Origin: Calditrichota bacterium
Lineage (GTDB): Bacteria > Electryoneota > RPQS01
Direction of reading: 5' to 3'
Assembly (NCBI GenBank): GCA_020637445.1
Contig: JACJVZ010000001.1
Span: 85,108 to 149,107 of the forward strand
DNA length: 64,000 bases
Positions within the stretch are counted from its first letter, which is position 1; each line of letters opens with the position of its first letter. The notes beneath the pieces are model-generated. The model was given only the letters and a program-made list of their open reading frames with translations. It was not told the DNA's origin and did no database searches. The position numbers were made by a program, and so were the translations under genes. Positions 1 to 10,727 of this stretch are shown piece after piece.

Positions 1-2302
1 CACACCCAAAGGGATGACGGTGGACTTTCGAGAGTACCATCGGTATCCGAAAGCTCGGAGTCAGAATGATCCGCTGGATAGCTTTGGCCGGGACAGCGAA
101 CGGGATTCAGTCACAGTTAGTGGGCATGTTGTGCAGATTCACTATGTGGGTGCTGAGTCGAAACTGGCAACTGGTGATGGACTGCTGTCACACTATTCCA
201 ACTACTTCTTCGGTAGAGATTCCACGAACTGGCGCAGCCGAGTCTCCCACTATCAAACCGTAGTCGCCGAAGAAGTCTGGCCCGGCATCGACGTTGAATA
301 CCGCGTAGATAAGCAAGGCATTGAAACCATCTACCACGTCCAACCCGGTGCCGACCCCACCCAAATCCAAATAGACTACCTCGGTCTCGATGCTCCGCTA
401 GGAATTGATTCTCAAGGCAATCTCGTCCTAACCACATCCTTTGGCAAAGTCAAAGAGCTAGCTCCTTATGCCTATCAGATGGAAGGACGAACCCAAAAGC
501 GCATCGAATCAACCTATCGCATTATAGACACTGATCGCGTTGCGTTTGAGTTTGAGGTATTCGATGTGAGCAAAGAAATGGTGATTGATCCGCTGCTCTA
601 TGGAACATATTTGGGTGGTGGCAACGTAGACGAGTGCCATGTGGTTTGTCCTGCTCCGAATGGTGGAGCCTATGTGGCTGGTGGGACTCGTGCTCTGTCG
701 GGATTCCCAACAACACCAGGTGCCTACGATGAATCTGGACAGTTTGACGGCGAAAGAGAGTTTGTTTGCTGGTTTGGTCCGAATGGGGAGTTTATCGCGT
801 CCACGTTATATGGTGTGGCACAGACACAGAGCCAACCGCATACAAGAGGCGGGGCATGGGCAATGGTGTACGATTCTGTAAGAGCCGGGCTATGGATTGG
901 AGGATACGCACGGGACAATAATTGGCCGCTTACACCAGATGCATATGATACTGTGGTCGACGAGATCGGAGACGGTTTCATCATGAGATTTGATGACTCG
1001 CTAACTGACTTGCAGTACTGCTCCTTCCTTGGAGGAAACAGTACTGACTTAGTTACAACTTTGGATATTGGAAGGGATGGGAACCTATGTGCGGCAGGAG
1101 AGACATATTCATCTGATTTTCCAGTCACACCTGACGCGATTTTCACGACACATCGAGAATACGATTGCTTTGTCTGGGTATATGATTTTACCAGCCGCGA
1201 GGTTGTATTCTCAACCTATTTCGGGGGAAGCCGGAGCGAGATAAACACCCGTTCAATCCAAGTTGATCAAGAGGGGGTTATGTGGTTTGTTTCCAGAACG
1301 CAGAGCGATGACCTTCCTGTGACGGAGGATGCTTTTCAACAGACTATCGGGGATTCAGTGCCCGGAATTGACGATGTTTTGATTGCGGGGATTTCACTCG
1401 GTCCGCCCACGATTGTCTATTGCAGTTACCTCGGGGGAAGTGGGGGCGAAGAACCATTTACGCTTTCTGTCGTAGATTCTGATTTGTATGTAGCTGGGCG
1501 AACGAATTCGGTTGACTTTCCGGTTTCGCCAGACGCGTATGATACGACAGGACCGGAAGAAGTCGCTCCCAACTATTGGGACGCATTTGTCTCGCGCCTG
1601 AATTGGCGGACGAGTGAATATGTGGGGACGTTTTTTGGGGGAAGTGGAGGCGATCTGTATGTGCAGAATACAAATTGGGTGCACGACACGACACTTACCT
1701 TGCTGGGCTTCACAGACAGTGACAATCTGCCTGTGACGCCAGATGCGTATCAAAGCTGGCTGCGATTTTCTGACGGGTTTGTCACAAAGCTCTCTACGGA
1801 TCTTTGCCGTTTGAACTACTGCTCGTATCTGGGAGGATCAGGAATTGACGGATATGAATTTGCTTATGTCGTGAACGCCGATAGTCTATGGACGGTTGGG
1901 GCAACGCAGTCCAATAGTTTCCCCACGACCCCTGATGGGCTCCAACGCAACCGTGTTGGTCTGACGGACGGTTTTGTGCAGTACTTTGCAATCGACACAA
2001 CAGCCGACACAACCAGTTCTGCACACAACGTACCTATTCCCTCCGACTTCACTCTTGCCGCTTTTCCGAACCCCTTTAATTCTACAACAACCCTTGCATT
2101 CTACCTGCCCAAAGCATCTGAAGTCAAGATAGTCGTACACGATGTATTAGGTCGTGAAGTCATAAGGAATCACCTTGGTCGACTAAACGTCGGCCAGCAT
2201 GAATATCACCTCGACGGCTCGAACTGGGCCTCGGGGATTTACTTTGTTACTCTGGATAGGAATTCAATTCGGACAAGCGTCAAGCTTGCACTTGTCAATT
2301 AG
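1..2302 (+). CDS. Secreted SBBP-repeat (beta-propeller) protein with T9SS C-terminal sorting domain; probably 5'-truncated by the window edge
   Basis: Repeated '(S/Y)FLGG...D' segments typical of SBBP beta-propeller repeats. C-terminus AFPNPFNSTTTLAFYL...KIVVHDVLGREV matches the Por/T9SS C-terminal domain. No signal peptide after the ATG at 14, so the true start is probably upstream of the window. Confidence 0.55.
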   Translation, partial: TPKGMTVDFREYHRYPKARSQNDPLDSFGRDSERDSVTVSGHVVQIHYVGAESKLATGDGLLSHYSNYFFGRDSTNWRSRVSHYQTVVAEEVWPGIDVEYRVDKQGIETIYHVQPGADPTQIQIDYLGLDAPLGIDSQGNLVLTTSFGKVKELAPYAYQMEGRTQKRIESTYRIIDTDRVAFEFEVFDVSKEMVIDPLLYGTYLGGGNVDECHVVCPAPNGGAYVAGGTRALSGFPTTPGAYDESGQFDGEREFVCWFGPNGEFIASTLYGVAQTQSQPHTRGGAWAMVYDSVRAGLWIGGYARDNNWPLTPDAYDTVVDEIGDGFIMRFDDSLTDLQYCSFLGGNSTDLVTTLDIGRDGNLCAAGETYSSDFPVTPDAIFTTHREYDCFVWVYDFTSREVVFSTYFGGSRSEINTRSIQVDQEGVMWFVSRTQSDDLPVTEDAFQQTIGDSVPGIDDVLIAGISLGPPTIVYCSYLGGSGGEEPFTLSVVDSDLYVAGRTNSVDFPVSPDAYDTTGPEEVAPNYWDAFVSRLNWRTSEYVGTFFGGSGGDLYVQNTNWVHDTTLTLLGFTDSDNLPVTPDAYQSWLRFSDGFVTKLSTDLCRLNYCSYLGGSGIDGYEFAYVVNADSLWTVGATQSNSFPTTPDGLQRNRVGLTDGFVQYFAIDTTADTTSSAHNVPIPSDFTLAAFPNPFNSTTTLAFYLPKASEVKIVVHDVLGREVIRNHLGRLNVGQHEYHLDGSNWASGIYFVTLDRNSIRTSVKLALVN

Positions 2303-2327
2303 CAAATCATGTATCAGGGAGAAAAAG

Positions 2328-5300
2328 ATGAAAAGGACCTTGATTGGAATTCTTGCCTTCGTGTGGGTAGTTTGTATCACTCACTCTGGTTATGCACATT
2401 GGTACGACGTCAAACCCGGGATCCAGTCGACGGACACGACCGGCTTGGACAACACGCCGACCGTTTTGACGGACACGGTCTTAATTGTCTACACCGCCGA
2501 TTCACTGGAATGGTCGGCTCAAGATCTCGCCGAACAGCTTGCGGACTCGTTCGGAATAACGGCAACCACGGCCTTCGTTTCGGATTTTTATGCTGCTGAC
2601 TGCGGGTTGTCACCGGGCAATGACCAGATTATGCTCACTACACAGACCGATGGACTTTCAGCGTACGCTTCAAGTTCCAGTGTAATCGGAGACAGACTCT
2701 TCAATATTGTTCCGGGAACCTATGCTGCAAATGAAGCCTACGCGATACTCGCGCCCGGAGACACCTTCGGCACGCCGGCTTACAGCGCGAAATGCGTGAA
2801 GTGCTTTATTGCTTCAAAGAGTGTACGCGGCGTCTTGTATGGCGTGACCACGCTAATAGACGCTTTAGAAACGGCATCTGATTCAGTATTGCTCTGGCCG
2901 GCAATTGTAAAAGACTTTCCGACATTTTCTCGACGAATCATAGGAGAACCTTACGATCTCCATTCCACTGTACCTTGGTCTACGTCTCTTGATCATGCCG
3001 ACGGAATATTGACAGGCGCGCGGGACTTGTTGCTCAAAAACAAAGGTAACGGTTTCATGCAGTTCGGCGCAATTACTGGTGACGGGCTTGATTCTGCGGG
3101 TACCATCTACTCAAGGTTGCGCACGGGCGACACCACCTCCACTCATGTTGATACATGGGACAATCTCGGCATGGATTGGTATCAAGGAACCGGCAGATGG
3201 GGAGGAACAAACCCGCTGAGAAAGAGAGGAAAATCGTCCGCTGAAATATGCAAGACCGTCACCTTTGACACTACTTTCGTCTACTCCGGATCACCAGCAA
3301 TTACTCTCAAGCCCGTTGAAACAGAATATGATGTTCCCAATTTCAACTTCGACGAGAACAGCTTTGAGGGTTGGGACCAAAACTCCATCACTGGTTGGAA
3401 TCTTGCAACCGATGGCACAAACTTCATTGCGCGTAGTCCGTCTATCGCAGAAAGCAGCGTTGTGAGTCTTTCGCGCCTCATACCGCTTCAAGACAGCGTT
3501 GGGCTTCCTATGCGCCAGCTTGTGTTAGAGTTTAAAGCACGGCTTAACTCTGGAAGTTCTGCCGATATGTGGATTGAGTCTCTCATGCCTCCTGACAGTA
3601 ATGGACTCCCCATAACAAGCGAAGACACTCACACTTCCGGCGACTTCAGAAACTTTGATGTTAATCACAGTGATGCGGGGAGCCGATACAAGCATACGCT
3701 CACAACAACGTGGCAAACCTTGCATGTGGTATTTCTGAGCTACGGCATGAAATGGGACAGATTCACGTTTAAGTTCGAGAGCCTTTCGGGTAACTCGCAA
3801 GTGGACTTTGAAGGAGTCCGGCTTATTGAATCGGAAGTCTATTTTCTGACTATGTTACATAATGAGTCAGGAAATCGACCGCTTCCTAATTACGCATATT
3901 TGGTTATTGACAGTCTAGGAATTCCTGTCTTTACAACAACAAGTGAATTGGCTCCGGTTAATCGCTACTCGAATCAATATAGTAGTCTTTTTTGGTCCGA
4001 GCCAATCATGGCTGTGAGGAGCAATCACGTCGGTGGGAGGAGCTTCGCCGATCTGCAAGTAGATAGTATCTACACAGGACGATTATTCTATCATACACTT
4101 TGTACAAACGCCCTCCCAGCGTTCTTCGACACATTAGTGCCATTACAGCCCTTTGCCTACAATACGAATGGCACTGCCAATTGGACAGGCCCCATTCTGG
4201 ACAATACAAACACCGCGTTTTGGGTGGCAGATACGGCCGCCCAGAATCTTGCGGACAATATGCAAGCTGTAGAAATTTTGTGGGACTCCCTGGGGCCAGA
4301 GATGCCATATTCCGGCTACTTCAATCGGTCAAACGAGCATCGGCACTTTGGCTGGTCAAAAATGGAAGAAGGATTGGCGGACTCCAATAGTTGGACGCTT
4401 TCGGACATGTACGTCGATTTCTGCGGACATGTAGCTGATTCGATCAATACGCGCTTGAGCAAATCCGCACCTCTTTTGCTTTATTCCGACATGTTAAATC
4501 CCTACCACAACGGACAGTTGATATCCCGTGTAAACAACCCGTTTGCCCTTCTAAACGGCTACGACGTCAGCACAACCAATTTCTCCACGAATTCTGAGGA
4601 TCAGCCATTGGTGTTTGTTGATTGGTGGTCAAAGAACGTTTCAGACACTTCACATGCAACAGGAATCGTGAATGCCTACACGAGCATACTGAGTCCAGCA
4701 AACCAAAACTGGGAAGCCATGTTTGCCTTTTTGCCAGAGGATCGGGTCAATGATAATACATTTGCAGCGCGAGAGTCATTGTATGTTGAAATTGCCCTCG
4801 CTTGTTCATTGCGAAGAGAGGCCGGCTATAACTTCTCGGGTGGCGGATTGCTCTATGACTCTGAGGTAATGTCACCAGATTGGGCAGAATTCAAGGCAAG
4901 GGAAGAGTTCCTCCAGTTGTGGTGGAAAAATGATCCGGTCACTTGGGCTGCCGTTGCATTCGATAGACAAGTGGCATCCAGTCAATCTAGCCAGAACGCC
5001 ACCTATAAGTGCTACCCAGTCCCATATCCAGACGACAGCGAGGCCGAGGTTGATAGTGCAGTGCTACAGTATCGTTTCAATGGTGGCGGTAACTGGGAAA
5101 CACAGAAGGTTACTTATCAATCTGACAGTTTGTACGATTTCAGTCTTAGTTTACCTGATTCCGGCGGATATGTGCAATATCGGGTATGGGCGTTTGACGA
5201 TCTTGGGCGATATGGATCTAATCCTCCCTATGGGACAAAATGGACTGATCCTGAATCCGGCGAAAGCTCGTATTTCACTTTCGAGCGTCGAAAAACAGAT

Positions 5301-8300
5301 GCAATTGCGAAACCGGACACATTCTGGCTTCCGGGTGTAATCAGCAAGGAACACGTTGTCAAGGGAGGTGGTCGGCTTGTGTTCCAGCCATTGCCGGGAT
5401 ACAAGCATGCTACTCTTTACGTCGAAAATGATGCGAAGATTCGCGTTCTTGATAATTTCAGCAAGGTTATCTTCAATGGCTCCGATACAAGTTATATCCA
5501 TGTAAAACCCGCATGTCCGACTTGCACTTGGAAGGGAATTGAGGATAGCATTGGTGTCGTGAAGAAGAGTTTCGTGACCTTCGAGGAGGGCACAGGCATA
5601 GCAACAGAATTCAAATACGCAGAGTCCGATACTTCCGTTTACTTGGAGTCAGTAGCTTACAAAGATACTGTCAAGGTGATAGGGCCGACAAAAATTTCAG
5701 GAACGGCGACGTTTAACAAGCTCATTGTCGATTCTGGAGCCACACTGACAATTCTGCCTGGCAGTGAATTGTCGTTCTTTGAAGGCGGCCAACTACTTGT
5801 TCGTGATGGTGGACAACTAATAGCATTTGGCAATGACTCAACGGCGATTGCCTTTAAGGCCGCTGTCGATGGTTCACCATGGGAAGGTATTCACTGCGAG
5901 GTAGCACTTGCAGCCGAGGCGTGCTCGTTGGAATATGTCTCCGTATCCGGTGCGGTCGCAGGTTTGCTTGTAGATCATGGGCGTGCTCACGTCAAGAACA
6001 GCACGTTTGAAGACAACAGCTACGGAATCATGGTGAATAACGGCGGTTGGGTGGTCGCAGAGAGTTGTTCTCTGACAATAAATGGCACCGGATTACTTAC
6101 GACAAACTTGTCTAGCGTCGAACTTAGTGACGTTGTGGCAACTAACAACACTGGAGTCGGAATCAAAGCCTTGTCACGGTCGTCCCTCTACTTGTCAGAC
6201 TGTCTGATCAATGATAACGATGGGGACGGTTTGGCGGGCGGTATCGGACTATATACTGGATCCAGCGCCTTTATGGAATGTACAGAAGTCGACGCCAACA
6301 CGGGCTCTGGCATAACTGCCTATGGCGGCACTCTGATGCTCACATCGGTCGAAGAGATTGGTGACACGCTGACACAGTGGCATGGCAACAGAATCGAGCA
6401 TAATGTCACGATACCTTACGAGGGCCAGATTACTTTGCGGGACCGCGTCGCGCTTGCACTTTGGAATGGACATAACTGCATCCAAGACACCTCAGGTGCA
6501 GGGAAGCTGATTCACTGGGAGGACCAAGTGGGCTCAGACCGCTGGGCCGACACGTATTGGGGCTCTTTAGACACTTCATCGATCAAAAGCAAGCTGCCTT
6601 CCAGTGTAACGCTTGTTCGCATCGATTCGTCAGCCTCAAATTGTCCGACTTTTGCTGAAGATACCGGTGTCAACGACTCTTTGGTTCAGATCTTCCTTGA
6701 ACCGCACAACAATGAGCTGTCGGGTTACACCTCGTCAGCAGAGAGCAGTTACAAAGCGGTCATTCGTAATGCTCCAAGTTCAGACTATGCGTTTACTGCA
6801 TGTGACCGGCTATTGAATATTTGCCTTTTGGATAACAAGGATTTCGATGCTTTGGTGGATACGCTTGAAGTCTTGTATGGAAATACAAGCAGCACTTCCT
6901 TGAAGCGCTGGATTAAGAATGTTCAGGCATGGGCTACTGCTGAAGACGGTGATTTCGAAAAAGCACAAGGCAGGCTCGATTCACTCGCACAATATACACC
7001 AACAAGATTTGATCGCGTGTCCGCAAGAGTACAGCGTCAACTATTGGAAATCCGCGAGCTCGACCACGACACGACGACGGAATACAAGGCATCGGATTGC
7101 GTTGCCTATCTGGATTCCGCACAGAAAGTCCTTGAGCTAATGAAAGTGTGGACGAATACCACGATCAGCGATAGCGTCGTATTGTATGCTCCGACGACTG
7201 TTGAAGGACTAATCACGATCAGTCAGCCCAATGGACGTTTGACGATTCTGCCGCATCCAGGCGCCGAAGGTGCGACTGTGCGTTTCGTTTCGAACGGCGG
7301 GATTCAGGTCAATGGATCGAATACTTCGATTGGACGCGGAAAGCTCTACGTTTATGGCGAAGCAGATAACCGCGTGAATTTAATGTGGGATTCTTCAAGT
7401 GCGTATGGGAATATCTACTCAACATCTGGATATGTCGACTTGAAGCATGTCAATCTCACTGGAACTGGATGGGTGAACATAAACGAAGACCCATTTGGCT
7501 ATTGGCGCACACCGATTTTCATTGCCGATTCCTGCACGTTCAGTGGATTTGATGAGGGGCTTTGGCTCTTCGGTGCTACCGACTCATGTGAAATTTCGAA
7601 TTGCACGTTCGAGGATTTGGGTGGCGGAGCTGTGGGCTTCACGGGAATGGACGGTTCAGGACTCTCAATGGTATACAGCTCAAACGTTGTCATCGAGAAC
7701 TGCGATTTTGTTGACAACGCTGACAATGGTATCTATGGATACTATTGCGACAACATTGACGTGAGTGAAGCCGATGTTTCAGGCAGTGGAGATTACGGTC
7801 TTCTTGCCTGGGAATCTGCAAACTTTGACATTACCTGCAGCAATTTCCACGGGAACGGCGACACACTTGCGGAAATTTGGGTTGAAGACGGGTTAGTAAA
7901 TCTCGTTGGTGGACATACACAGGTTTCAGATAGTGACGGTGTGTTGATCTACTCAGGTGATGCCTCATACACAGATATTGAGGATGGTGAAAACAGTTTC
8001 GATCTGCTTGATGGAACGGGTTATTACTTGAAACTCGGGGACACCACCGCTACTTGGGATGTCACCTACAACGTATGGGCACCGTTAACTCCTGCAGACA
8101 GCGGCTTCTATAGCAAACTCTATCCCTCTACACCAAGTAAATGGACCATAGATTCTTCACTGGCGGCATTTATTGAGTGCGGAGGTGGCGGAACGAGTTC
8201 ACTTGGTGGTCAAAACCTGATTGTAGTTGGCGAGGATGAATCGTCCGGAACTTCCTCTACAGAATCTGATGGTCTAACAAAGAAATCTTCGTCTCTCTCG

Positions 8301-9164
8301 AAGTCAGCGGCGACTGCAAGGTCGGGTCTTGTTGCCAAGAGCAGCAAGATCATCGATCACCATGTGGAACTTGCGAAATGGCGAGAGTTCAGGGATGTAT
8401 CAAAGTCACCTGCGAACCGTCAGACAGCAATAGCCATCGGCAAACAGTTCTTGAATGAGTATCCAAATTCACCGCTTGTTCCTGCTGCTGTCATTCAATT
8501 GACATCCTTGGCGAAGCGTTCTAATGGTAAGTCAGAGATTTCTTCCTATCTTGCGCAACAGGCGTTGACAACGAAGAATGAATCGCACCGCGCATTGTTC
8601 ACGCGCAAAGCATATGTTGCCAAGGCGTTCGAAGGTAATCCAAGCGACGCTCTTGCGGGACTTGAAGGATTGGTCGAGACTTCTTTGACGAAGCGTGACT
8701 CGATCTGCGCGCTGGCGGATGCAATTGGCATCTACGCGGCCTTTAGGTCGAGCAATGATTTGACACCAAAGCATGAGTTTGTCAAAACAGCAACGTTGCC
8801 GGATCTCAAGCTTCGTATCAGAGAACTGTCTCGACGGCTTGATGGAAGTACGTTGGAAGCGGCGGAAAACGAAGTCCCGATACCGACATCCTATTCACTT
8901 TACCAGAACTACCCGAATCCGTTCAACCCCACGACGGAAATCCGTTTTGACCTTCCGGAAGCGGTTCGCGCGGAACTAAAGGTGTTTAACATCCTCGGTC
9001 AGGAGGTCGTGACTCTGGTGGACGACGTGCGAAACGCGGGTGCCTATCGCATCCTCTGGGACGGCAAGAACGCCGCCGGACTATCAGTGGCGTCTGGTGT
9101 CTATATCTATCAGTTGAAGACTCCGAACTTCACAAATGCCAAGAAAATGATGCTGCTCAGATAG
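2328..9164 (+). CDS. Giant (2279 aa) secreted right-handed beta-helix repeat protein with T9SS C-terminal sorting domain
   Basis: The six-frame ORF starts at 2199 but overlaps the upstream gene. The internal ATG at 2328 is preceded by AGGGAGAAAAAG and followed by the signal peptide MKRTLIGILAFVWVVCITHSGYA. Internal NosD/pectate-lyase-like beta-helix repeats (NCTFED..., IENCDFVDNADNGIYG..., TCSNFHGNGD). C-terminal YPNPFNPTTEIRFDLPE...KVFNILGQEV matches the T9SS C-terminal domain. Confidence 0.7.
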   Translation: MKRTLIGILAFVWVVCITHSGYAHWYDVKPGIQSTDTTGLDNTPTVLTDTVLIVYTADSLEWSAQDLAEQLADSFGITATTAFVSDFYAADCGLSPGNDQIMLTTQTDGLSAYASSSSVIGDRLFNIVPGTYAANEAYAILAPGDTFGTPAYSAKCVKCFIASKSVRGVLYGVTTLIDALETASDSVLLWPAIVKDFPTFSRRIIGEPYDLHSTVPWSTSLDHADGILTGARDLLLKNKGNGFMQFGAITGDGLDSAGTIYSRLRTGDTTSTHVDTWDNLGMDWYQGTGRWGGTNPLRKRGKSSAEICKTVTFDTTFVYSGSPAITLKPVETEYDVPNFNFDENSFEGWDQNSITGWNLATDGTNFIARSPSIAESSVVSLSRLIPLQDSVGLPMRQLVLEFKARLNSGSSADMWIESLMPPDSNGLPITSEDTHTSGDFRNFDVNHSDAGSRYKHTLTTTWQTLHVVFLSYGMKWDRFTFKFESLSGNSQVDFEGVRLIESEVYFLTMLHNESGNRPLPNYAYLVIDSLGIPVFTTTSELAPVNRYSNQYSSLFWSEPIMAVRSNHVGGRSFADLQVDSIYTGRLFYHTLCTNALPAFFDTLVPLQPFAYNTNGTANWTGPILDNTNTAFWVADTAAQNLADNMQAVEILWDSLGPEMPYSGYFNRSNEHRHFGWSKMEEGLADSNSWTLSDMYVDFCGHVADSINTRLSKSAPLLLYSDMLNPYHNGQLISRVNNPFALLNGYDVSTTNFSTNSEDQPLVFVDWWSKNVSDTSHATGIVNAYTSILSPANQNWEAMFAFLPEDRVNDNTFAARESLYVEIALACSLRREAGYNFSGGGLLYDSEVMSPDWAEFKAREEFLQLWWKNDPVTWAAVAFDRQVASSQSSQNATYKCYPVPYPDDSEAEVDSAVLQYRFNGGGNWETQKVTYQSDSLYDFSLSLPDSGGYVQYRVWAFDDLGRYGSNPPYGTKWTDPESGESSYFTFERRKTDAIAKPDTFWLPGVISKEHVVKGGGRLVFQPLPGYKHATLYVENDAKIRVLDNFSKVIFNGSDTSYIHVKPACPTCTWKGIEDSIGVVKKSFVTFEEGTGIATEFKYAESDTSVYLESVAYKDTVKVIGPTKISGTATFNKLIVDSGATLTILPGSELSFFEGGQLLVRDGGQLIAFGNDSTAIAFKAAVDGSPWEGIHCEVALAAEACSLEYVSVSGAVAGLLVDHGRAHVKNSTFEDNSYGIMVNNGGWVVAESCSLTINGTGLLTTNLSSVELSDVVATNNTGVGIKALSRSSLYLSDCLINDNDGDGLAGGIGLYTGSSAFMECTEVDANTGSGITAYGGTLMLTSVEEIGDTLTQWHGNRIEHNVTIPYEGQITLRDRVALALWNGHNCIQDTSGAGKLIHWEDQVGSDRWADTYWGSLDTSSIKSKLPSSVTLVRIDSSASNCPTFAEDTGVNDSLVQIFLEPHNNELSGYTSSAESSYKAVIRNAPSSDYAFTACDRLLNICLLDNKDFDALVDTLEVLYGNTSSTSLKRWIKNVQAWATAEDGDFEKAQGRLDSLAQYTPTRFDRVSARVQRQLLEIRELDHDTTTEYKASDCVAYLDSAQKVLELMKVWTNTTISDSVVLYAPTTVEGLITISQPNGRLTILPHPGAEGATVRFVSNGGIQVNGSNTSIGRGKLYVYGEADNRVNLMWDSSSAYGNIYSTSGYVDLKHVNLTGTGWVNINEDPFGYWRTPIFIADSCTFSGFDEGLWLFGATDSCEISNCTFEDLGGGAVGFTGMDGSGLSMVYSSNVVIENCDFVDNADNGIYGYYCDNIDVSEADVSGSGDYGLLAWESANFDITCSNFHGNGDTLAEIWVEDGLVNLVGGHTQVSDSDGVLIYSGDASYTDIEDGENSFDLLDGTGYYLKLGDTTATWDVTYNVWAPLTPADSGFYSKLYPSTPSKWTIDSSLAAFIECGGGGTSSLGGQNLIVVGEDESSGTSSTESDGLTKKSSSLSKSAATARSGLVAKSSKIIDHHVELAKWREFRDVSKSPANRQTAIAIGKQFLNEYPNSPLVPAAVIQLTSLAKRSNGKSEISSYLAQQALTTKNESHRALFTRKAYVAKAFEGNPSDALAGLEGLVETSLTKRDSICALADAIGIYAAFRSSNDLTPKHEFVKTATLPDLKLRIRELSRRLDGSTLEAAENEVPIPTSYSLYQNYPNPFNPTTEIRFDLPEAVRAELKVFNILGQEVVTLVDDVRNAGAYRILWDGKNAAGLSVASGVYIYQLKTPNFTNAKKMMLLR

Positions 9165-9187
9165 CATCGACCTGATTTGAAACAGAA

Positions 9188-9220
9188 AGCCTCAGCAATT
9201 TGCTGGGGCTTTTCTTTTTC
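9188..9220 (+). terminator. Rho-independent terminator after the giant gene
   Basis: AGCCTCAGCAA/TTGCTGGGGCT hairpin followed by TTTCTTTTTC. Confidence 0.55.
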
Positions 9221-9380
9221 TGGCATAAGAATCAGTCCAAGGACAAACTAATGGAGATTCACTGAATGGCAAATAGAGGCGAACTGCTGAAGGGACTTCT
9301 AACCGGGCTATCGAAGGTGCTGAAGGCGGTTTTGAAGCACCTATGAGGGCTTGACTTCCCCACAGTTCCTTTGTATCTTC

Positions 9381-9549
9381 TGGCGTCCTACCAAGCGGGG
9401 ATCCTTACTGGATTCCTGTACAACTTGTTATCATGCTGGCGGCCATTTCCCACACAAGGGATTTGGCCTCTGGTTGTTGAGTTGTGCAGGTTTCCCGCTT
9501 GGTAGGACAAGTAGGTAGCCGCCAGCAAGACGCCAGAGGTCTTTTTTTT
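9381..9549 (+). ncRNA. Candidate ~165-nt structured small RNA (5'/3' ends pair; ends in a U8 tract); identity unknown
   Basis: Sigma70-like TTGACT-17-TATCTT lies at 9350-9375. TCTGGCGTC (9379-9387) pairs with GACGCCAGA (9530-9538). CTACCAAGCGGG (9388-9399) pairs with CCCGCTTGGTAG (9494-9505). GCTGGCGGC (9435-9443) pairs with GCCGCCAGC (9520-9528), which gives an alternative or pseudoknot-like pairing. The element ends in TTTTTTTT at 9542-9549. No ORF of note lies within it. Confidence 0.25.
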
Positions 9550-9634
9550 GTCTGAAAGTTAAGACTGTGGCATAAGAGGCGGATAACGGGATTAATAGAG
9601 TCTCGTAGAAATACCGATCAAGAAGGAGCTTCTT

Positions 9635-10690
9635 ATGCACATTTGGATTCATGACTGTCTCGTCACTCGTTTGACGATCTTGACGCTGTCAAGTGTGAAG
9701 AGAAAAATTGCAGTTTTGATTATTGCCGTGATAAGTGTTCTCTCAGCATGCGGAGGTAGTAACACATCTCTGGAGAAGGAGGCACAGCGGGGGCGATTTG
9801 ATAAGATTCTCGAGAAAGTTAGCACCAGACTTCAAAAGAATATCTGCGATAGCCTTACTCTTCACGGCATAGACTTGCTACTTGATTCAAGAAATGCTGA
9901 GAAAGTAGGCTGGGATGTAATCAAAGAGCAAGCTACTCAGTGCTATCCAACACCTAGTGGGTTAAGAATTCGAAGCGCGCTGGCAGTGAAACATCCAGCA
10001 GTTTTGGACAGCATGTTCTGGCACACGATACGTGTATGGGCATCTGATCAAAACTTGAGCGCAGTTTCGGCGGTGGGACAAGGTTATCTTGGTTTGAAAA
10101 CAGGTCGTATGACATTTGTAAGCTCCCTTGTGAATATTTCAAATAGCATTCAGGAGCAAGTGGCCGCCAAAGGTCATGCCCAAGCTTGCTTGCCTCGGCT
10201 TGAACGAGAAATGTCAAATTCACACCTGGAGCCAATAAACTCGCAGTCACTGACGGCATATATGATTGCAAATACAGGATATCGTCAATACGAGATTGCG
10301 CTGCCGGAGCAGACATATCTTGGAAGGATGCCTTCTGATCGACATGCGGTACTAATTACAAAACAATCCTCTTTTGAATCGACGGGATGGTTTACGATTC
10401 GCGTGCGACGGCTCGATAATTCTGTGGTTAAACTCAGAGAGGAGTTTGGTTCCTTCAACCAAACGTGGCCTGTCTACGAGGAAGTTTCGGATGAAGAGAT
10501 ATCGAATTACAATCGTATGGTCGAGTTAGTCCAGTCCAAGAGTGATTCTCTCGGCTGGGCCCGCGAAACAATAGAAAAGGCAGATTCACGGATAAGAGTG
10601 TTGACAAAGAACTTTAACACTGTGTTAGCATGCAAATGCGATACAACAATAGCTTCTGCAATACCCTTTCTTTCAGGCGAAAAAAAATAG
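9635..10690 (+). CDS. Hypothetical lipoprotein
   Basis: Strong RBS GAAGGAG 6 nt before the ATG. N-terminal hydrophobic segment ends in the lipobox-like LSAC-GG. No recognisable catalytic motifs. Confidence 0.5.
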   Translation: MHIWIHDCLVTRLTILTLSSVKRKIAVLIIAVISVLSACGGSNTSLEKEAQRGRFDKILEKVSTRLQKNICDSLTLHGIDLLLDSRNAEKVGWDVIKEQATQCYPTPSGLRIRSALAVKHPAVLDSMFWHTIRVWASDQNLSAVSAVGQGYLGLKTGRMTFVSSLVNISNSIQEQVAAKGHAQACLPRLEREMSNSHLEPINSQSLTAYMIANTGYRQYEIALPEQTYLGRMPSDRHAVLITKQSSFESTGWFTIRVRRLDNSVVKLREEFGSFNQTWPVYEEVSDEEISNYNRMVELVQSKSDSLGWARETIEKADSRIRVLTKNFNTVLACKCDTTIASAIPFLSGEKK

Positions 10691-10727
10691 AAGTTCTGAT
10701 GCGTCATGAAGAGCTTTTGAGACTGAA

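Noticed and set aside
2199-2327. Upstream extension of the giant ORF (start at 2199)
   Set aside because: It overlaps the C-terminal domain of the preceding gene and has no signal peptide. The ATG at 2328 has an RBS and a signal peptide.
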